DNA from: Eubacteriales bacterium
Lineage (GTDB): Bacteria; Bacillota; Clostridia; Oscillospirales; CAG-272
Assembly: GCA_045646945.1 (NCBI GenBank)
Contig: JAZRLS010000055.1
Location: 6,486 to 70,485, forward strand
DNA: 64,000 bases
Direction: 5' to 3'
Of this stretch, positions 1 through 9,089 are shown one piece after another. Position numbers and translations under genes: made by a program. How positions within the stretch are numbered: position 1 is the stretch's first letter; each line of letters starts with the position of its first letter. Under the pieces are notes generated by a model. The model saw only the letters and a list, made by a program, of their open reading frames with translations. It was not told the DNA's origin and did no database searches.

Positions 1-1
1 C

Positions 2-685
2 TTCAACTGGATTGGACTTGTTTGCTCGATCGCATCGATCATCATCCTTCTCGGAATGATCATGCTCATCGTTTGGATGTCCGATGCAGAGAGAAGAATT
101 CCGATTCAGTACGCAAAGCGTGTGGTCGGAAGAAAAATGTATGGCGGTCAGAATACGAACCTGCCGCTGAAGGTTAATATGTCGGGTGTTATGCCGATTA
201 TCTTCGCAAACTCGATCGTGGCAATTCTGCCCACCATTGCAAGCTTTATGAAGCCCAATGGCTTTACGAACTTTGTGAACAAGTGGTTTAACTACAACAC
301 CTGGCCCTACTTCGGTGTATTCCTGATCCTTTTGATTGCGTTCGCATACTTCTACGTCGCTATTTCCTTCAACCCCGTAGAGGTTGCTAACAACATCAAG
401 AACAACGGCGGTGCGATCCCCGGTATCCGTTCGGGCAGACCTACGGTGGAATTCATCAAGAAGGTCCTCAACCGAATCACGCTGGTTGGCGCATTGTTGG
501 TTGCGTTCATCGCTTGCTTCCCGATGATCGTCAACAACATTTCGGTCATGTTCAACTTCTCGGGCTTTGCCGCACTGGCATTTGGTGGCTCGTCGATGAT
601 GATTATGGTCGGTGTTGCACTTGAAACGACTCGTGAACTTGAAGCACAGATGACGCTCAGAAATTACAAGGGCTTCCTTGATTGA
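2..685 (+). CDS. secY: Preprotein translocase subunit SecY, C-terminal part (5' end lies outside the window)
   Basis: The frame is open from the window edge. The translated C-terminal TM segments (PLKVNMSGVMPIIFANSI, FGGSSMMIMVGVALET) are SecY-like. It is followed by adk-map-infA, as in spc operons. Confidence 0.93.
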   Translation, partial: FNWIGLVCSIASIIILLGMIMLIVWMSDAERRIPIQYAKRVVGRKMYGGQNTNLPLKVNMSGVMPIIFANSIVAILPTIASFMKPNGFTNFVNKWFNYNTWPYFGVFLILLIAFAYFYVAISFNPVEVANNIKNNGGAIPGIRSGRPTVEFIKKVLNRITLVGALLVAFIACFPMIVNNISVMFNFSGFAALAFGGSSMMIMVGVALETTRELEAQMTLRNYKGFLD

Positions 686-712
686 TTCCGTTCAACTTAT
701 TTGGAGGAACAA

Positions 713-1354
713 ATGAAGTTAATCATTATGGGTGCTCCCGGTGCGGGAAAAGGAACCCAATCCGAAAAAATTTCCGCAAAATGGAACATTCCTGCAGTTT
801 CTACGGGTGATATGCTGCGCGCGGCAGTAAAGGAAGGTACGCCGATGGGTGTGACCGCGAAATCCTTTATGGATGCGGGACAGTTGGTCCCCGATGAGGT
901 TGTTATCGGAATTATTAAAGATTATCTTTCGTCGGAGAAATGCGCAAACGGCTTTATTCTCGACGGCTTCCCTCGCTCCATTCCTCAGGCTGAGGCATTG
1001 GATGCTATGGGAGTGCAGATCGATGCTGTTCTCAGCATCGAGGTCGCAGATGAAAAGATCGTAGAAAGAATGAGCGGACGCAGAATCTGCTCGTCTTGCG
1101 GCGCATCTTATCACGTAGCCTATAAGGCTCCTAAGACCGAAGGTATTTGTGACAGCTGCGGCTCGGCGCTCTATATCAGAGACGACGATGCGGCAGAAAC
1201 GGTGCTCAAGCGTCTTACGACGTATCACAACACGACCGAGCCGCTCAAGGATTACTATGCGGCAAAGGATCTTCTGATCTGCGTTCAAGGTTGTGAAGAG
1301 GTCGCAGACACGACAGCGGCCGTGATGAGCGCGCTTTCGAAATTTGAGGCGTAA
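713..1354 (+). CDS. adk: Adenylate kinase (Cys4 zinc-lid type)
   Basis: Contains the P-loop GAPGAGKGTQ and a lid with CSSCG...CDSCG. GGAGG lies 5 nt upstream of the ATG at 713. The track ORF starts at an upstream TTG at 701. Confidence 0.95.
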   Translation: MKLIIMGAPGAGKGTQSEKISAKWNIPAVSTGDMLRAAVKEGTPMGVTAKSFMDAGQLVPDEVVIGIIKDYLSSEKCANGFILDGFPRSIPQAEALDAMGVQIDAVLSIEVADEKIVERMSGRRICSSCGASYHVAYKAPKTEGICDSCGSALYIRDDDAAETVLKRLTTYHNTTEPLKDYYAAKDLLICVQGCEEVADTTAAVMSALSKFEA

Positions 1355-1360
1355 GACTCT

Positions 1361-2122
1361 ATGATTCAACTCAAAAATTCCATTCAGATTGCTACAATGA
1401 TGGAAGCAGGACGTATCACGGGCGAGGCATTACTCGTTGCCCGTGAGCACGTCCGCGAGGGTATCAGTACCTTCGAGCTGGACACGGTGATCCGTGAGGC
1501 AATCGAGAAACGGGGGGCAAAACCTTCCTTCCTCGGTTACGGTGGATTTCCCGCGTCTGCTTGCATCAGCATCAACGATGAGGTCATTCACGGAATTCCC
1601 TCGAAGAAGAGATTCCTTCAAGAGGGCGACATCGTAAAGATCGACGTTGGTGCGTATTACAAAGGCTTTCACGGCGACAGCGCCAGAACGATTGCGGTCG
1701 GACGCGTCTCGGAAGAAGCACTTCGCTTGATCGAAACGACAAGACAGAGCTTCTTTGACGGAGTATCGGCAGTGAAGATCGGAAACCGAATGGGCGACGT
1801 CGGAAGTGCCGTACAGACCTGTGTTGAGGCACAAGGTTTTTCGGTCGTGCGTCGATATATCGGGCACGGCATCGGACGCGAGCTGCACGAGCAGCCCGAC
1901 GTACCGAATTTCGGAACGGCAGGCAGAGGAACCCGACTTTGTGCGGGAATGGTGCTTGCGATCGAGCCGATGGTCAATATCGGTTCGGAGCAAGTGTACG
2001 AAATGCCTGACGGCTGGACGGTCAAGACGCGCGATGGCAGTCTGTCTGCGCATTATGAAAACACGGTAGCGCTGACCTCGGATGGTGTCGTAATCACGAC
2101 GCTTTTAGACGAGGCTTGGTAA
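1361..2122 (+). CDS. map: Type I methionine aminopeptidase
   Basis: MetAP metal-ligand context is present (DIVKIDVG, GHGIGRELHE, LAIEPM). The gene sits in the conserved position after adk. Confidence 0.95.
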   Translation: MIQLKNSIQIATMMEAGRITGEALLVAREHVREGISTFELDTVIREAIEKRGAKPSFLGYGGFPASACISINDEVIHGIPSKKRFLQEGDIVKIDVGAYYKGFHGDSARTIAVGRVSEEALRLIETTRQSFFDGVSAVKIGNRMGDVGSAVQTCVEAQGFSVVRRYIGHGIGRELHEQPDVPNFGTAGRGTRLCAGMVLAIEPMVNIGSEQVYEMPDGWTVKTRDGSLSAHYENTVALTSDGVVITTLLDEAW

Positions 2123-2175
2123 AAAACAACGGTTGAAACGACAGTCACAAAACGAATAACAGAGGAGGGATACTT

Positions 2176-2394
2176 GTGGCAAAGGACGACGTAATCGAGT
2201 TTGAGGGTACGGTAGTTGAGGCACTGCCCAACGCGACCTTCAAAGTAAAGCTTCCCAATGAGCACATTGTAACGGCGCATATTTCGGGAAAGCTGAGAAT
2301 GAACTATATCAGAATTCTGCCCGGTGACCGCGTAACCATTGAGGTCTCTGTGTACGATCTCAATAAGGGACGCATTACCTGGCGTGCAAAGTAA
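2176..2394 (+). CDS. infA: Translation initiation factor IF-1
   Basis: 72-aa S1-like protein ([23 protein letters not shown]). GTG start is preceded by GAGGAGGG. Confidence 0.96.
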   Translation: MAKDDVIEFEGTVVEALPNATFKVKLPNEHIVTAHISGKLRMNYIRILPGDRVTIEVSVYDLNKGRITWRAK

Positions 2395-2418
2395 GAAAGA
2401 AAGGGTTGGTGTAATAAC

Positions 2419-2532
2419 ATGAAGGTGAAACCATCCGTAAAGAAGATTTGCGAAAAGTGCAAAATCATCAAGAGAAAAGGCAAAGTAATGGTTATCTGCG
2501 AGAACCCCAAGCACAAGCAGAGACAGGGCTAA
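2419..2532 (+). CDS. rpmJ: 50S ribosomal protein L36 (zinc-binding form)
   Basis: Not in the ORF track because it is under 60 aa. My hand translation gives [37 protein letters not shown], with TAA at 2530-2532. The position between infA and rpsM is canonical. Confidence 0.93.
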   Translation: MKVKPSVKKICEKCKIIKRKGKVMVICENPKHKQRQG

Positions 2533-2566
2533 GCCGCAAATTTTTACAGAAAGGTGAATAAACAGT

Positions 2567-2935
2567 ATGGCTCGTATAGCTGGTGTTGATATTCCGAACA
2601 ACAAGCGCGTAGAGATTGCTCTGACCTACATTTACGGTATCGGACGCAAGAGCTCGAACGATATTCTGGCAAAGACCGGAATCGATCCCGACAAGCGCGC
2701 AAAGGATCTTACCGAAGATGAAATCGCAAAACTCCGCGATGAGATCGAAAATTCCTATACTGTGGAAGGTGATCTTCGCCGTGACGTCGCTCTGAACATT
2801 AAGAGAATGGTAGAGATTAACTGCTACCGCGGCATCCGCCACAGAAAGGGTCTGCCCGTCAGAGGACAGAGAACCAAAACCAATGCAAGAACCAGAAAAG
2901 GTCCTGCAAAGACGATCGCTAACAAGAAGAAATAA
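2567..2935 (+). CDS. rpsM: 30S ribosomal protein S13
   Basis: [26 protein letters not shown] is a canonical S13 N-terminus. Confidence 0.97.
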   Translation: MARIAGVDIPNNKRVEIALTYIYGIGRKSSNDILAKTGIDPDKRAKDLTEDEIAKLRDEIENSYTVEGDLRRDVALNIKRMVEINCYRGIRHRKGLPVRGQRTKTNARTRKGPAKTIANKKK

Positions 2936-2947
2936 GGAGGCAGACAG

Positions 2948-3343
2948 ATGGCTAAAGTTGCTAAGAAAGTTGTCAAGAGACGCCGCGAGAAAAAGAATAT
3001 TGAAAAGGGTGCTGTGCATATCAGCGCAACCTTCAATAACACGATCATCACGGTTACTGACGTTGCCGGAAATGCAATTTCCTGGGCTTCGGCAGGTGAA
3101 CTTGGCTTCAAGGGCTCCAGAAAGTCCACTCCTTTCGCTGCTCAGATGGCATCTGAGACGGCAGCAAAGGCAGCAATGGAGCATGGTCTGAAAACTGTTG
3201 AGGTATACGTAAAGGGACCCGGATCGGGACGTGAGTCGGCAATCCGTGCTCTCGAGACGGTAGGCCTTCAGATCACCATGATCAAGGACGTAACTCCGGT
3301 TCCGCACAATGGTTGCAGACCGCCCAAGCGCAGACGCGTTTAA
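2948..3343 (+). CDS. rpsK: 30S ribosomal protein S11
   Basis: [18 protein letters not shown] and [13 protein letters not shown] are canonical S11 motifs. Confidence 0.97.
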   Translation: MAKVAKKVVKRRREKKNIEKGAVHISATFNNTIITVTDVAGNAISWASAGELGFKGSRKSTPFAAQMASETAAKAAMEHGLKTVEVYVKGPGSGRESAIRALETVGLQITMIKDVTPVPHNGCRPPKRRRV

Positions 3344-3364
3344 TCAAAAAGGAGGTAAAGTAAA

Positions 3365-3991
3365 ATGGCTAGATATACCGGTCCCGTGTGTAAGCTTTGC
3401 CGCAGAGAGGGCACGAAGCTCTTCCTGAAGGGTGACCGCTGCACGTCTGGAAAGTGCGCGCTTGACCGCAGATCTACTGCACCCGGTCAGCATGGCGCAG
3501 CAAATAAGAAGCAGAGAGAATACGGAATGCAGCTTCGTGAGAAGCAGAAGACCAAGAGATACTACGGTATTCTCGAGAAGCAGTTCAAGAACTACTTCGT
3601 AGAGGCAGACCGCAGAGAGGGTATGACGGGTGAGAACCTGCTCAAGCTCATCGAGCGCAGACTTGATAACGTAGTATACAGAATGGGTATGGCAGAGAGC
3701 CGCACTGAGGCTCGTCAGCTCGTTCTCCATGAGCATTTCACTCTGAATGGTAAGAAGGTAAACATTCCTTCGATTATCGTTGGACTTGGTGACGTTGTTG
3801 CCGTGAAGGAGAACTTCCGTGACTCCGTAAAGTGCAAGGAGCTCGCAGAGGATCTTCAGTCGAAGAACGCACCCAAGTGGCTTGACGTTGATAAGACGGC
3901 TCTTTCGGCAAAGGTTGTTGCTCTGCCCGCAAGAGACGACATTGACTTCGAGATCAACGAACAGCTGATCGTCGAGTTTTACTCCAAGTAA
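3365..3991 (+). CDS. rpsD: 30S ribosomal protein S4
   Basis: [26 protein letters not shown] is a canonical S4 N-terminus. The gene lies inside the alpha operon. Confidence 0.97.
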   Translation: MARYTGPVCKLCRREGTKLFLKGDRCTSGKCALDRRSTAPGQHGAANKKQREYGMQLREKQKTKRYYGILEKQFKNYFVEADRREGMTGENLLKLIERRLDNVVYRMGMAESRTEARQLVLHEHFTLNGKKVNIPSIIVGLGDVVAVKENFRDSVKCKELAEDLQSKNAPKWLDVDKTALSAKVVALPARDDIDFEINEQLIVEFYSK

Positions 3992-4002
3992 TCAAACGCC
4001 CC

Positions 4003-4060
4003 TTTATTTATGCGGCAGCGCTGCATAAATAAAACCGGCGTCGCGGAGTACTCTGCGACG
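4003..4060 (+). other. Two stem-loops in the rpsD-rpoA spacer (no U-tract)
   Basis: Hairpin 1 spans 4003-4033: TTTATTTATGCGGC / GCGCTGCATAAATAAA, about 14 bp including one G-U pair, with a 3-nt loop. Hairpin 2 spans 4039-4060: CGTCGC...GCGACG with an inner GAG/CTC. Confidence 0.5.
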
Positions 4061-4118
4061 CAGGTAAGCTATATCTTTGGCATCACACAAAAATATATTT
4101 TAGGAGGGTTTATTTGGA

Positions 4119-5093
4119 ATGATCGAGATTGAAAAGCCCAATATAACAACAGTGAATTTGAGTGAAGACGGAACCGTCGGAACCTTTATCGTAGAACCTC
4201 TGGAGCGTGGCTTTGGTATTACCCTTGGCAACTCGCTTCGCAGAATTATGCTCAGCTCTCTGCCTGGATACGCTGTCGTCAGCATCAAGATCGACGGTGT
4301 GCTTCATGAGTTTTCCACGATTCCCGGTGTGACCGAGGACGTTACTGAAATCGTTCTCAACGTCAAGGGAATTATTGCAAAGCTCCATTCGAACGCGCCC
4401 AAGACAGTCGTGATCGACGTTGTTGGCGAGCAGGTAGTTACGGCGGGGGACATCAAAGTGGACTCTGACATTGAGATCCTCAACCCTGAGCACCACATCT
4501 GCACGGTAGGTGAAAACGAAAGATTTTATATGGAGCTGACCTTTGATCACGGCAGAGGATACGTTTCTCAGGATCGCAACAAGCAATTGGATGCGCAGAT
4601 GAGAGGCTCGAACATCTCTGCTCCCATCGGTACGATCTTTACCGATTCGATCTACACTCCCGTCTACAATGTTCGCTACACGGTAGAGAACACACGTGTA
4701 GGCAACATTACCGACTTCGATAAGCTGTTGCTTGAGGTAGAAACCAACGGTACGATTACCGCAAAAGAAGCGATTTCCTTCGGCGCCAAGATTCTCAACG
4801 AGCATCTCAACTTGTTCGTCGAGCTTTCCGATGAGGCAAGAAACGTAGAAATTTTGGTTGAAAGAGAAGAGACCAAGAAGGAAAAGGTTCTTGAGATGAC
4901 CATTGAGGAACTTGACATGTCTGTCCGTAGCTTCAACTGCTTGAAGCGCGCAGGCATTGATACCGTGGAAGATTTGACGAACCGCACCGAGGAGGACATG
5001 ATTAAGGTCCGTAACCTTGGAAAGAAATCGCTGGAAGAAGTCATTCAGAAGCTCCACTCGTTGGGTCTGGAGCTTAGAAAAGAAGAAGACTGA
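4119..5093 (+). CDS. rpoA: DNA-directed RNA polymerase subunit alpha
   Basis: The N-terminal domain ([17 protein letters not shown]) and the C-terminal domain ([13 protein letters not shown]) are canonical RpoA. Confidence 0.97.
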   Translation: MIEIEKPNITTVNLSEDGTVGTFIVEPLERGFGITLGNSLRRIMLSSLPGYAVVSIKIDGVLHEFSTIPGVTEDVTEIVLNVKGIIAKLHSNAPKTVVIDVVGEQVVTAGDIKVDSDIEILNPEHHICTVGENERFYMELTFDHGRGYVSQDRNKQLDAQMRGSNISAPIGTIFTDSIYTPVYNVRYTVENTRVGNITDFDKLLLEVETNGTITAKEAISFGAKILNEHLNLFVELSDEARNVEILVEREETKKEKVLEMTIEELDMSVRSFNCLKRAGIDTVEDLTNRTEEDMIKVRNLGKKSLEEVIQKLHSLGLELRKEED

Positions 5094-5160
5094 TCTTCTT
5101 TCCCCACATCCTGCAAGGTGCAGGAGTTTAGTTTGAAATACGACAAAGGAGGGAATTATC

Positions 5161-5562
5161 ATGCCCGGAACTAGAAAACTCGGCAGACCTACCGCCCACA
5201 GAAACGCAATGCTGCGCGGAATGGTAACTCTGCTGTTGGAGAACGGACAGGTTGAAACGACGCTCACCAGAGCAAAGGAAGTTCGTTCCATGGCTGAAAA
5301 AATGATTACGCTTGGCAAGAAGAACACGCTTGCAAGCCGCCGCGCTGCTCTCGCTTACATTACCAAGGAAGACGTTGTTACGAAGGTATTCAGCGAGCTC
5401 GCTCCTCTGTACGCAGAGCGCAACGGTGGATATACGCAGATCTACAAGCTCGGTCCTCGCAGAGGCGACGGTGCTGAGATGGCGATCGTCAAGCTGATCG
5501 ATTACGTGAAGCCCGAAGAGAAGGACACCAAGAAGAAAGAGAAAAAAGCTGACGCTGAATAA
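5161..5562 (+). CDS. rplQ: 50S ribosomal protein L17
   Basis: [17 protein letters not shown] is an L17 signature. It is the last gene of the alpha operon. Confidence 0.96.
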   Translation: MPGTRKLGRPTAHRNAMLRGMVTLLLENGQVETTLTRAKEVRSMAEKMITLGKKNTLASRRAALAYITKEDVVTKVFSELAPLYAERNGGYTQIYKLGPRRGDGAEMAIVKLIDYVKPEEKDTKKKEKKADAE

Positions 5563-5586
5563 TCTTTCGGTGGACTTTCCACAAAT

Positions 5587-5619
5587 AAAAACGGTAGGCA
5601 TTCGTGCCTACCGTTTTTT
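5587..5619. terminator. Bidirectional intrinsic terminator (rplQ / radical SAM gene)
   Basis: AAAA, then ACGGTAGGCA, loop TTCG, TGCCTACCGT, then TTTTT. It sits between convergent genes. Confidence 0.85.
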
Positions 5620-5624
5620 GTGTT

Positions 5625-6497
5625 TTAAAAATTGGGCGTGTATTTCGTGCTCGACGAGGTGCGGCCCTGCATAAAGCCTTGAAACCCAAGCTTCTCTGCG
5701 TGGGAGAGTACCGTGTCATATTCGAATGCCGTCAGACGGCGGTGGAGCTCGCGGTGCGGACTGTCGAGCGCAAATTCGGGCGTGTATTGGCTCATCAGGC
5801 TCAAAAGAATCTCGTCGGTGGGGAGGAGGGCGGCAAGTCGGTCGAGGACGGCAAGGCTATCCTTTCGCGCCGAGGGGAGTACTAAATGTCGCACCATCAC
5901 ACCGCGTGTGAGCAGTTTGTCGGAATTCAATTCATAGCGTCCTGTCTGACGAAACATTTCAAGGAGTGCTTGCTCGGCAACGTTGGCGTAGTCGGGTGCG
6001 GACGAGTATTTTTCGGAGAGTGAGGACGAGGAATATTTGAAGTCGGGAAGATAGATATCCACAAGCCCATCGAGGGAGCGGAGCACCTCGACACGCTCGT
6101 AGCCCGACGTGTTGTAGACGACGGGGATCGAAAGCTTTAGTTTGGCAAGGAGCAGTGCTTCGCGTACACCGTCGGCGAAATGCGTGGGGGTGACGAGATT
6201 GATATTGTGCGCGCCCTGCCTTTCGAGATCGAAAAATATTTCTGCGAGCTCGGACGGTGTCAGGGTACGACCGTGTGTTTCGGCGCGGCTGATTTTTTTG
6301 TTTTGACAGAACTCACAGCGGAGGGAGCAACCGCAGAAAAAGACGGTGCCCGAGCCACGCGTGCCGCTGATGGGAGGCTCTTCAAAGAAGTGAAGCGTTG
6401 CCTTGGCAAGCTGAATTTCCTTTGGCTGACCGCAAAAACCAAACGTCGTTTGGCGGTCGACTTCGCATTCGCGCGGACAAAGTCGGCAAAGTTGCAT
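5625..6497 (-). CDS. Radical SAM protein (PflX-like activase family)
   Basis: CGCSLRCEFCQN is a CxxxCxxC motif, and an N-terminal CRLCPRECE cluster is present. I chose the ATG at 6497 (MQLCRL) because it is preceded by AAGGAGAGAG. The longer track ORF would overlap cinA. Confidence 0.8.
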   Translation of the reverse strand: MQLCRLCPRECEVDRQTTFGFCGQPKEIQLAKATLHFFEEPPISGTRGSGTVFFCGCSLRCEFCQNKKISRAETHGRTLTPSELAEIFFDLERQGAHNINLVTPTHFADGVREALLLAKLKLSIPVVYNTSGYERVEVLRSLDGLVDIYLPDFKYSSSSLSEKYSSAPDYANVAEQALLEMFRQTGRYELNSDKLLTRGVMVRHLVLPSARKDSLAVLDRLAALLPTDEILLSLMSQYTPEFALDSPHRELHRRLTAFEYDTVLSHAEKLGFQGFMQGRTSSSTKYTPNF

Positions 6498-6527
6498 TTT
6501 CTCTCTCCTTTCGTGTTTTCTTGCTCT

Positions 6528-6556
6528 ATTGTAGCATATTTGAGGGGAAAATGCAA
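6528..6556 (-). promoter_or_regulatory. Sigma-A-type promoter for the radical SAM gene
   Basis: On the minus strand: TTGCAT, 17 nt spacer, TACAAT with an upstream TGc. Confidence 0.55.
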
Positions 6557-6570
6557 GGAAGAATTTTTTC

Positions 6571-6599
6571 TTGCATTTTGTTTGTACTTGGTGTATAAT
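6571..6599 (+). promoter_or_regulatory. Sigma-A-type promoter for cinA
   Basis: TTGCAT (6571-6576), 17 nt spacer, TATAAT (6594-6599). Confidence 0.55.
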
Positions 6600-6632
6600 A
6601 ACAATGAACTTAAAACGAAAAGGAGAATCCTT

Positions 6633-7901
6633 ATGAACCTCACTCGACCGATTCATACGGCGGAAATTTTATGTGTCGGCACTGAGCTCTTGCTCGGCGA
6701 CATCGTGAATACCAACGCGGCATATCTTTCCCAACGCCTTGCCGAGCTTGGCATTCACGTTTACCGTCACACCGTTGTTGGAGACAATCCCGCAAGACTT
6801 CAACACGCCCTCGAAGCGGCATTTGCCGAAGCCGATCTCGTCATTACCAGCGGAGGTCTCGGACCGACCTACGACGATCTCACAAAGGAAACCGTGGCGG
6901 CGTTTTTTGGTCGTCCGATGGAATTGCACGAGCCGTCGCTTGTCGCCATTCGTTCGTATTTTGAACGCACGGGACGCGTGATGACCAAGAATAACGAAAA
7001 GCAGGCAATGATGCCGCACGGCTGTACCGTATTTCCGAATCATTACGGCACCGCGCCTTCGTTGGCAGTTGGAAATGAAGACGGCACGCAGACCGTCATT
7101 ATGCTTCCCGGCCCTCCCGGCGAGCTTTGCCCGCTTTTTGAAGAAGAGATTCTTCCTTACCTCAAGAGCCGCCGCGATTCGGTGCTTGTGAGCAAGAATA
7201 TCCATATTTTCGGGATGGGCGAGTCGGCGGTCGAGACGAAAATCAAGGACCTGATGACCGAAAGTAAGAATCCCACTGTCGCGCCCTATTGTAAGGAGGG
7301 CGAGGTTCGTCTGCGCGTGACCTCTGAAGCAGAGAACGAACCCAAAGCGGCAGAGATGTGCGACGAAATGATCGCGAAGATTCGCGCCACCGAGGTGGGC
7401 GCGTATATCTATGGTGTGGATGTTGACTCGCTGGAGAATACCGTCGTCGCGTTGCTGAAAGAAAAGGGGCTCACGCTTGCCTGTGCCGAATCTTGCACCG
7501 GCGGACTGATTTCCAAGCGTCTGACCGATCTTTCGGGCGTGTCCGAGGTCTTTCTCGGAGGCTGTGTGACCTATGCGAACGAGGCAAAGGAAAAGCTTCT
7601 CGGCGTGCGCCACGAAACGCTCGAAGTTTACGGTGCCGTGTCCGAGCAGGTTGCACGGGAGATGGCAAAGGGGGTCCGTGAGCGACTCGGTGCCGATATC
7701 GGCATCTCTGTGACGGGCATTGCAGGACCGACGGGCGGTACGCCCGAGAAACCCGTGGGTACCGTCTACCTTGGTATTAGCACCGCAGACAGTGAAGAAG
7801 TTCGAAAGCTTTCACTCTCCTCTATGCGAAGCCGTGACTATATCCGCAAAGTCAGCGCATCTAACGCATTTGATATGGTGTTGAAGTTAGTGAAGAGATA
7901 G
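6633..7901 (+). CDS. cinA: Competence/damage-inducible protein CinA (MoCF-binding domain plus PncC-type NMN amidohydrolase domain)
   Basis: AEILCVGTELLLGDIVNTNAAYL and the C-terminal CAESCTGGLI...GISVTGIAGP are CinA motifs. The ATG at 6633 follows AAAAGGAGAA. Confidence 0.92.
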   Translation: MNLTRPIHTAEILCVGTELLLGDIVNTNAAYLSQRLAELGIHVYRHTVVGDNPARLQHALEAAFAEADLVITSGGLGPTYDDLTKETVAAFFGRPMELHEPSLVAIRSYFERTGRVMTKNNEKQAMMPHGCTVFPNHYGTAPSLAVGNEDGTQTVIMLPGPPGELCPLFEEEILPYLKSRRDSVLVSKNIHIFGMGESAVETKIKDLMTESKNPTVAPYCKEGEVRLRVTSEAENEPKAAEMCDEMIAKIRATEVGAYIYGVDVDSLENTVVALLKEKGLTLACAESCTGGLISKRLTDLSGVSEVFLGGCVTYANEAKEKLLGVRHETLEVYGAVSEQVAREMAKGVRERLGADIGISVTGIAGPTGGTPEKPVGTVYLGISTADSEEVRKLSLSSMRSRDYIRKVSASNAFDMVLKLVKR

Positions 7902-8015
7902 AAGGGGACGCGGTTACTTTTCTTTTAAAAAAGAAAAGTAACCAAAAGAAAATTGCCGCAAATGATGAATTGTATCGCCGTATTCTCTGTACAGATTTCG
8001 GCTTTCTGAGGAACA
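7901..8015 (+). repeat. Intergenic repeat, copy A (about 115 nt, contains a 14-bp perfect palindrome)
   Basis: Shares GAAGGGG...GTTACTTTTCTTTTAAAAA(A)GAAAAGTAACCAAAAGAAAA...TTCGGCTTTCTGAGGAACA with 10474-10586. It starts at the last base of the cinA stop codon. Confidence 0.85.
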
Positions 8016-8051
8016 GTACCGACAAGTTTGCGGTATTTGCTTTTTTGCGCG

Positions 8052-8086
8052 AAAAAAGAAAAGCCTTAGCAATTTGCTAAGGCTTT
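8052..8086 (-). terminator. Intrinsic terminator of the lipoprotein gene
   Basis: On the minus strand: AAAGCCTTAGCA / TGCTAAGGCTTT (12 bp, 3-nt loop) followed by TCTTTTTT. Confidence 0.8.
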
Positions 8087-8098
8087 GTTGTTTATAGC

Positions 8099-8869
8099 TT
8101 ATGCGGGCATAATTCCGCCGCCACCGGGATTTTCGGGAGTCTTGTAGACTTCCAGATAATTTTTCTTGATGTACAGAATTTTCTCGGTGTTTGCATCGGG
8201 CTTGTAAGAAACCTTTGCCCAAACGCCGTCTTCACTCAGTGCGAGAACCTGCATCTTGTTGTCCGAGGTCTCCGACTTGGTCAGAGCCTTGTAGAGGTTG
8301 AGCGCATTGATCTCGGTGAGATATTTCTCAGAGTTGTCGTAGCAGGGAGTGTAGCGGAAGTTGTGCGTCGATTCCTTGCCCGAAGCGTTGCTGTTGATAA
8401 CGCTCGAATATACGGGCTCGCCTTCGAGATTTTCAAAGCGAACAGACGCGCCGTTAGTTACGGTAACGTAAGAGTAGATGTAGTATACGTTGTCGTTATA
8501 CTTTACCTTGTACCACTCTTTGTTGGACTTCTCAACGAGAAGAACCGACTGACCAAGCTCCAGGGTGATCCCCGTCTTGTCGTTGTCCGAGGGGGAATTT
8601 CTCAGCGTGATGGGGTGAGCGATGTAAATGAGAACGTCGTCAACGTCGGTCCAGGTCAAGGTAACCGAAGGAACGTTGTTGTCGCCGTTGTTATCACCGT
8701 TGTTATTGTTGTTGTCGCCGTTGGTGGATTCGGTGGAGGAAGAAACGCCGCCGTTACCCCAATCATCATCGTCTTCTTCATCGCTCTCAGCAGGCTTCTT
8801 CGTGCAAGCGACCAGGGAAATCGACAAAATCATTACAAGTACCAATAAGAATGCAAGTAGTTTTTTCAT
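8099..8869 (-). CDS. Lipoprotein with an Asp/Asn-rich linker and SH3b-like repeats
   Basis: Signal peptide MKKLLAFLLVLVMILSISLVAC carries a lipobox. A low-complexity stretch DEEDDDDWGNGG...NNNNNGDNNGDNN follows. The WYKVKYNDNVYYIYSYV and WAKVSYKP segments resemble bacterial SH3 domains (inference). Confidence 0.7.
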   Translation of the reverse strand: MKKLLAFLLVLVMILSISLVACTKKPAESDEEDDDDWGNGGVSSSTESTNGDNNNNNGDNNGDNNVPSVTLTWTDVDDVLIYIAHPITLRNSPSDNDKTGITLELGQSVLLVEKSNKEWYKVKYNDNVYYIYSYVTVTNGASVRFENLEGEPVYSSVINSNASGKESTHNFRYTPCYDNSEKYLTEINALNLYKALTKSETSDNKMQVLALSEDGVWAKVSYKPDANTEKILYIKKNYLEVYKTPENPGGGGIMPA

Positions 8870-9031
8870 TTTCTTCTCCTTTATGTTTCACTGTTTTTTA
8901 TTTTCTGTATCGACCGAAAAAATCATTTTTACACATATCTTATTATATCAAAAAAAATGCGTAGTGTCAAGGGTATAAAAAAGTTTTTTTCGAATATTTT
9001 TTGCCGTTTTGTGCCGTTTTCGGTTCTATCG

Positions 9032-9060
9032 GTATATCGGTGCTTTTTTTGCAAATAATA
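9032..9060 (+). promoter_or_regulatory. Possible forespore (sigma-G/F-like) promoter of spoVAD
   Basis: GTATA, 17 nt spacer, AATAATA. This is only an approximate match to the GnATA / CAnAnTA-type consensus. Confidence 0.25.
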
Positions 9061-9089
9061 TCGATAATAAACAAAAGGGGAGAAAGCGG

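Noticed and set aside
5625-6656. Longer versions of the radical SAM ORF (start 6656) and the cinA ORF (start 6180) given in the track, which overlap each other by about 470 nt.
   Set aside because: Internal ATGs at 6497 and 6633 are each preceded by strong Shine-Dalgarno sequences and by promoter hexamers. They give proteins beginning at the conserved family N-termini. The extensions have no homology-like features.
7962-8009. 15-codon ORF (MMNCIAVFSVQISAF) inside repeat copy A.
   Set aside because: The equivalent region of copy B has no ATG and contains an in-frame TAG, so the repeat is not conserved as coding sequence.
8600-8780. Short tandem-looking GTTGTT/GCCGTT repeats that could suggest a VNTR or CRISPR-like array.
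   Set aside because: They are the antisense of Asn/Asp/Gly codons in the low-complexity linker (NNNNNGDNNGDNN, DEEDDDD) of the lipoprotein gene. There is no spacer/repeat periodicity.
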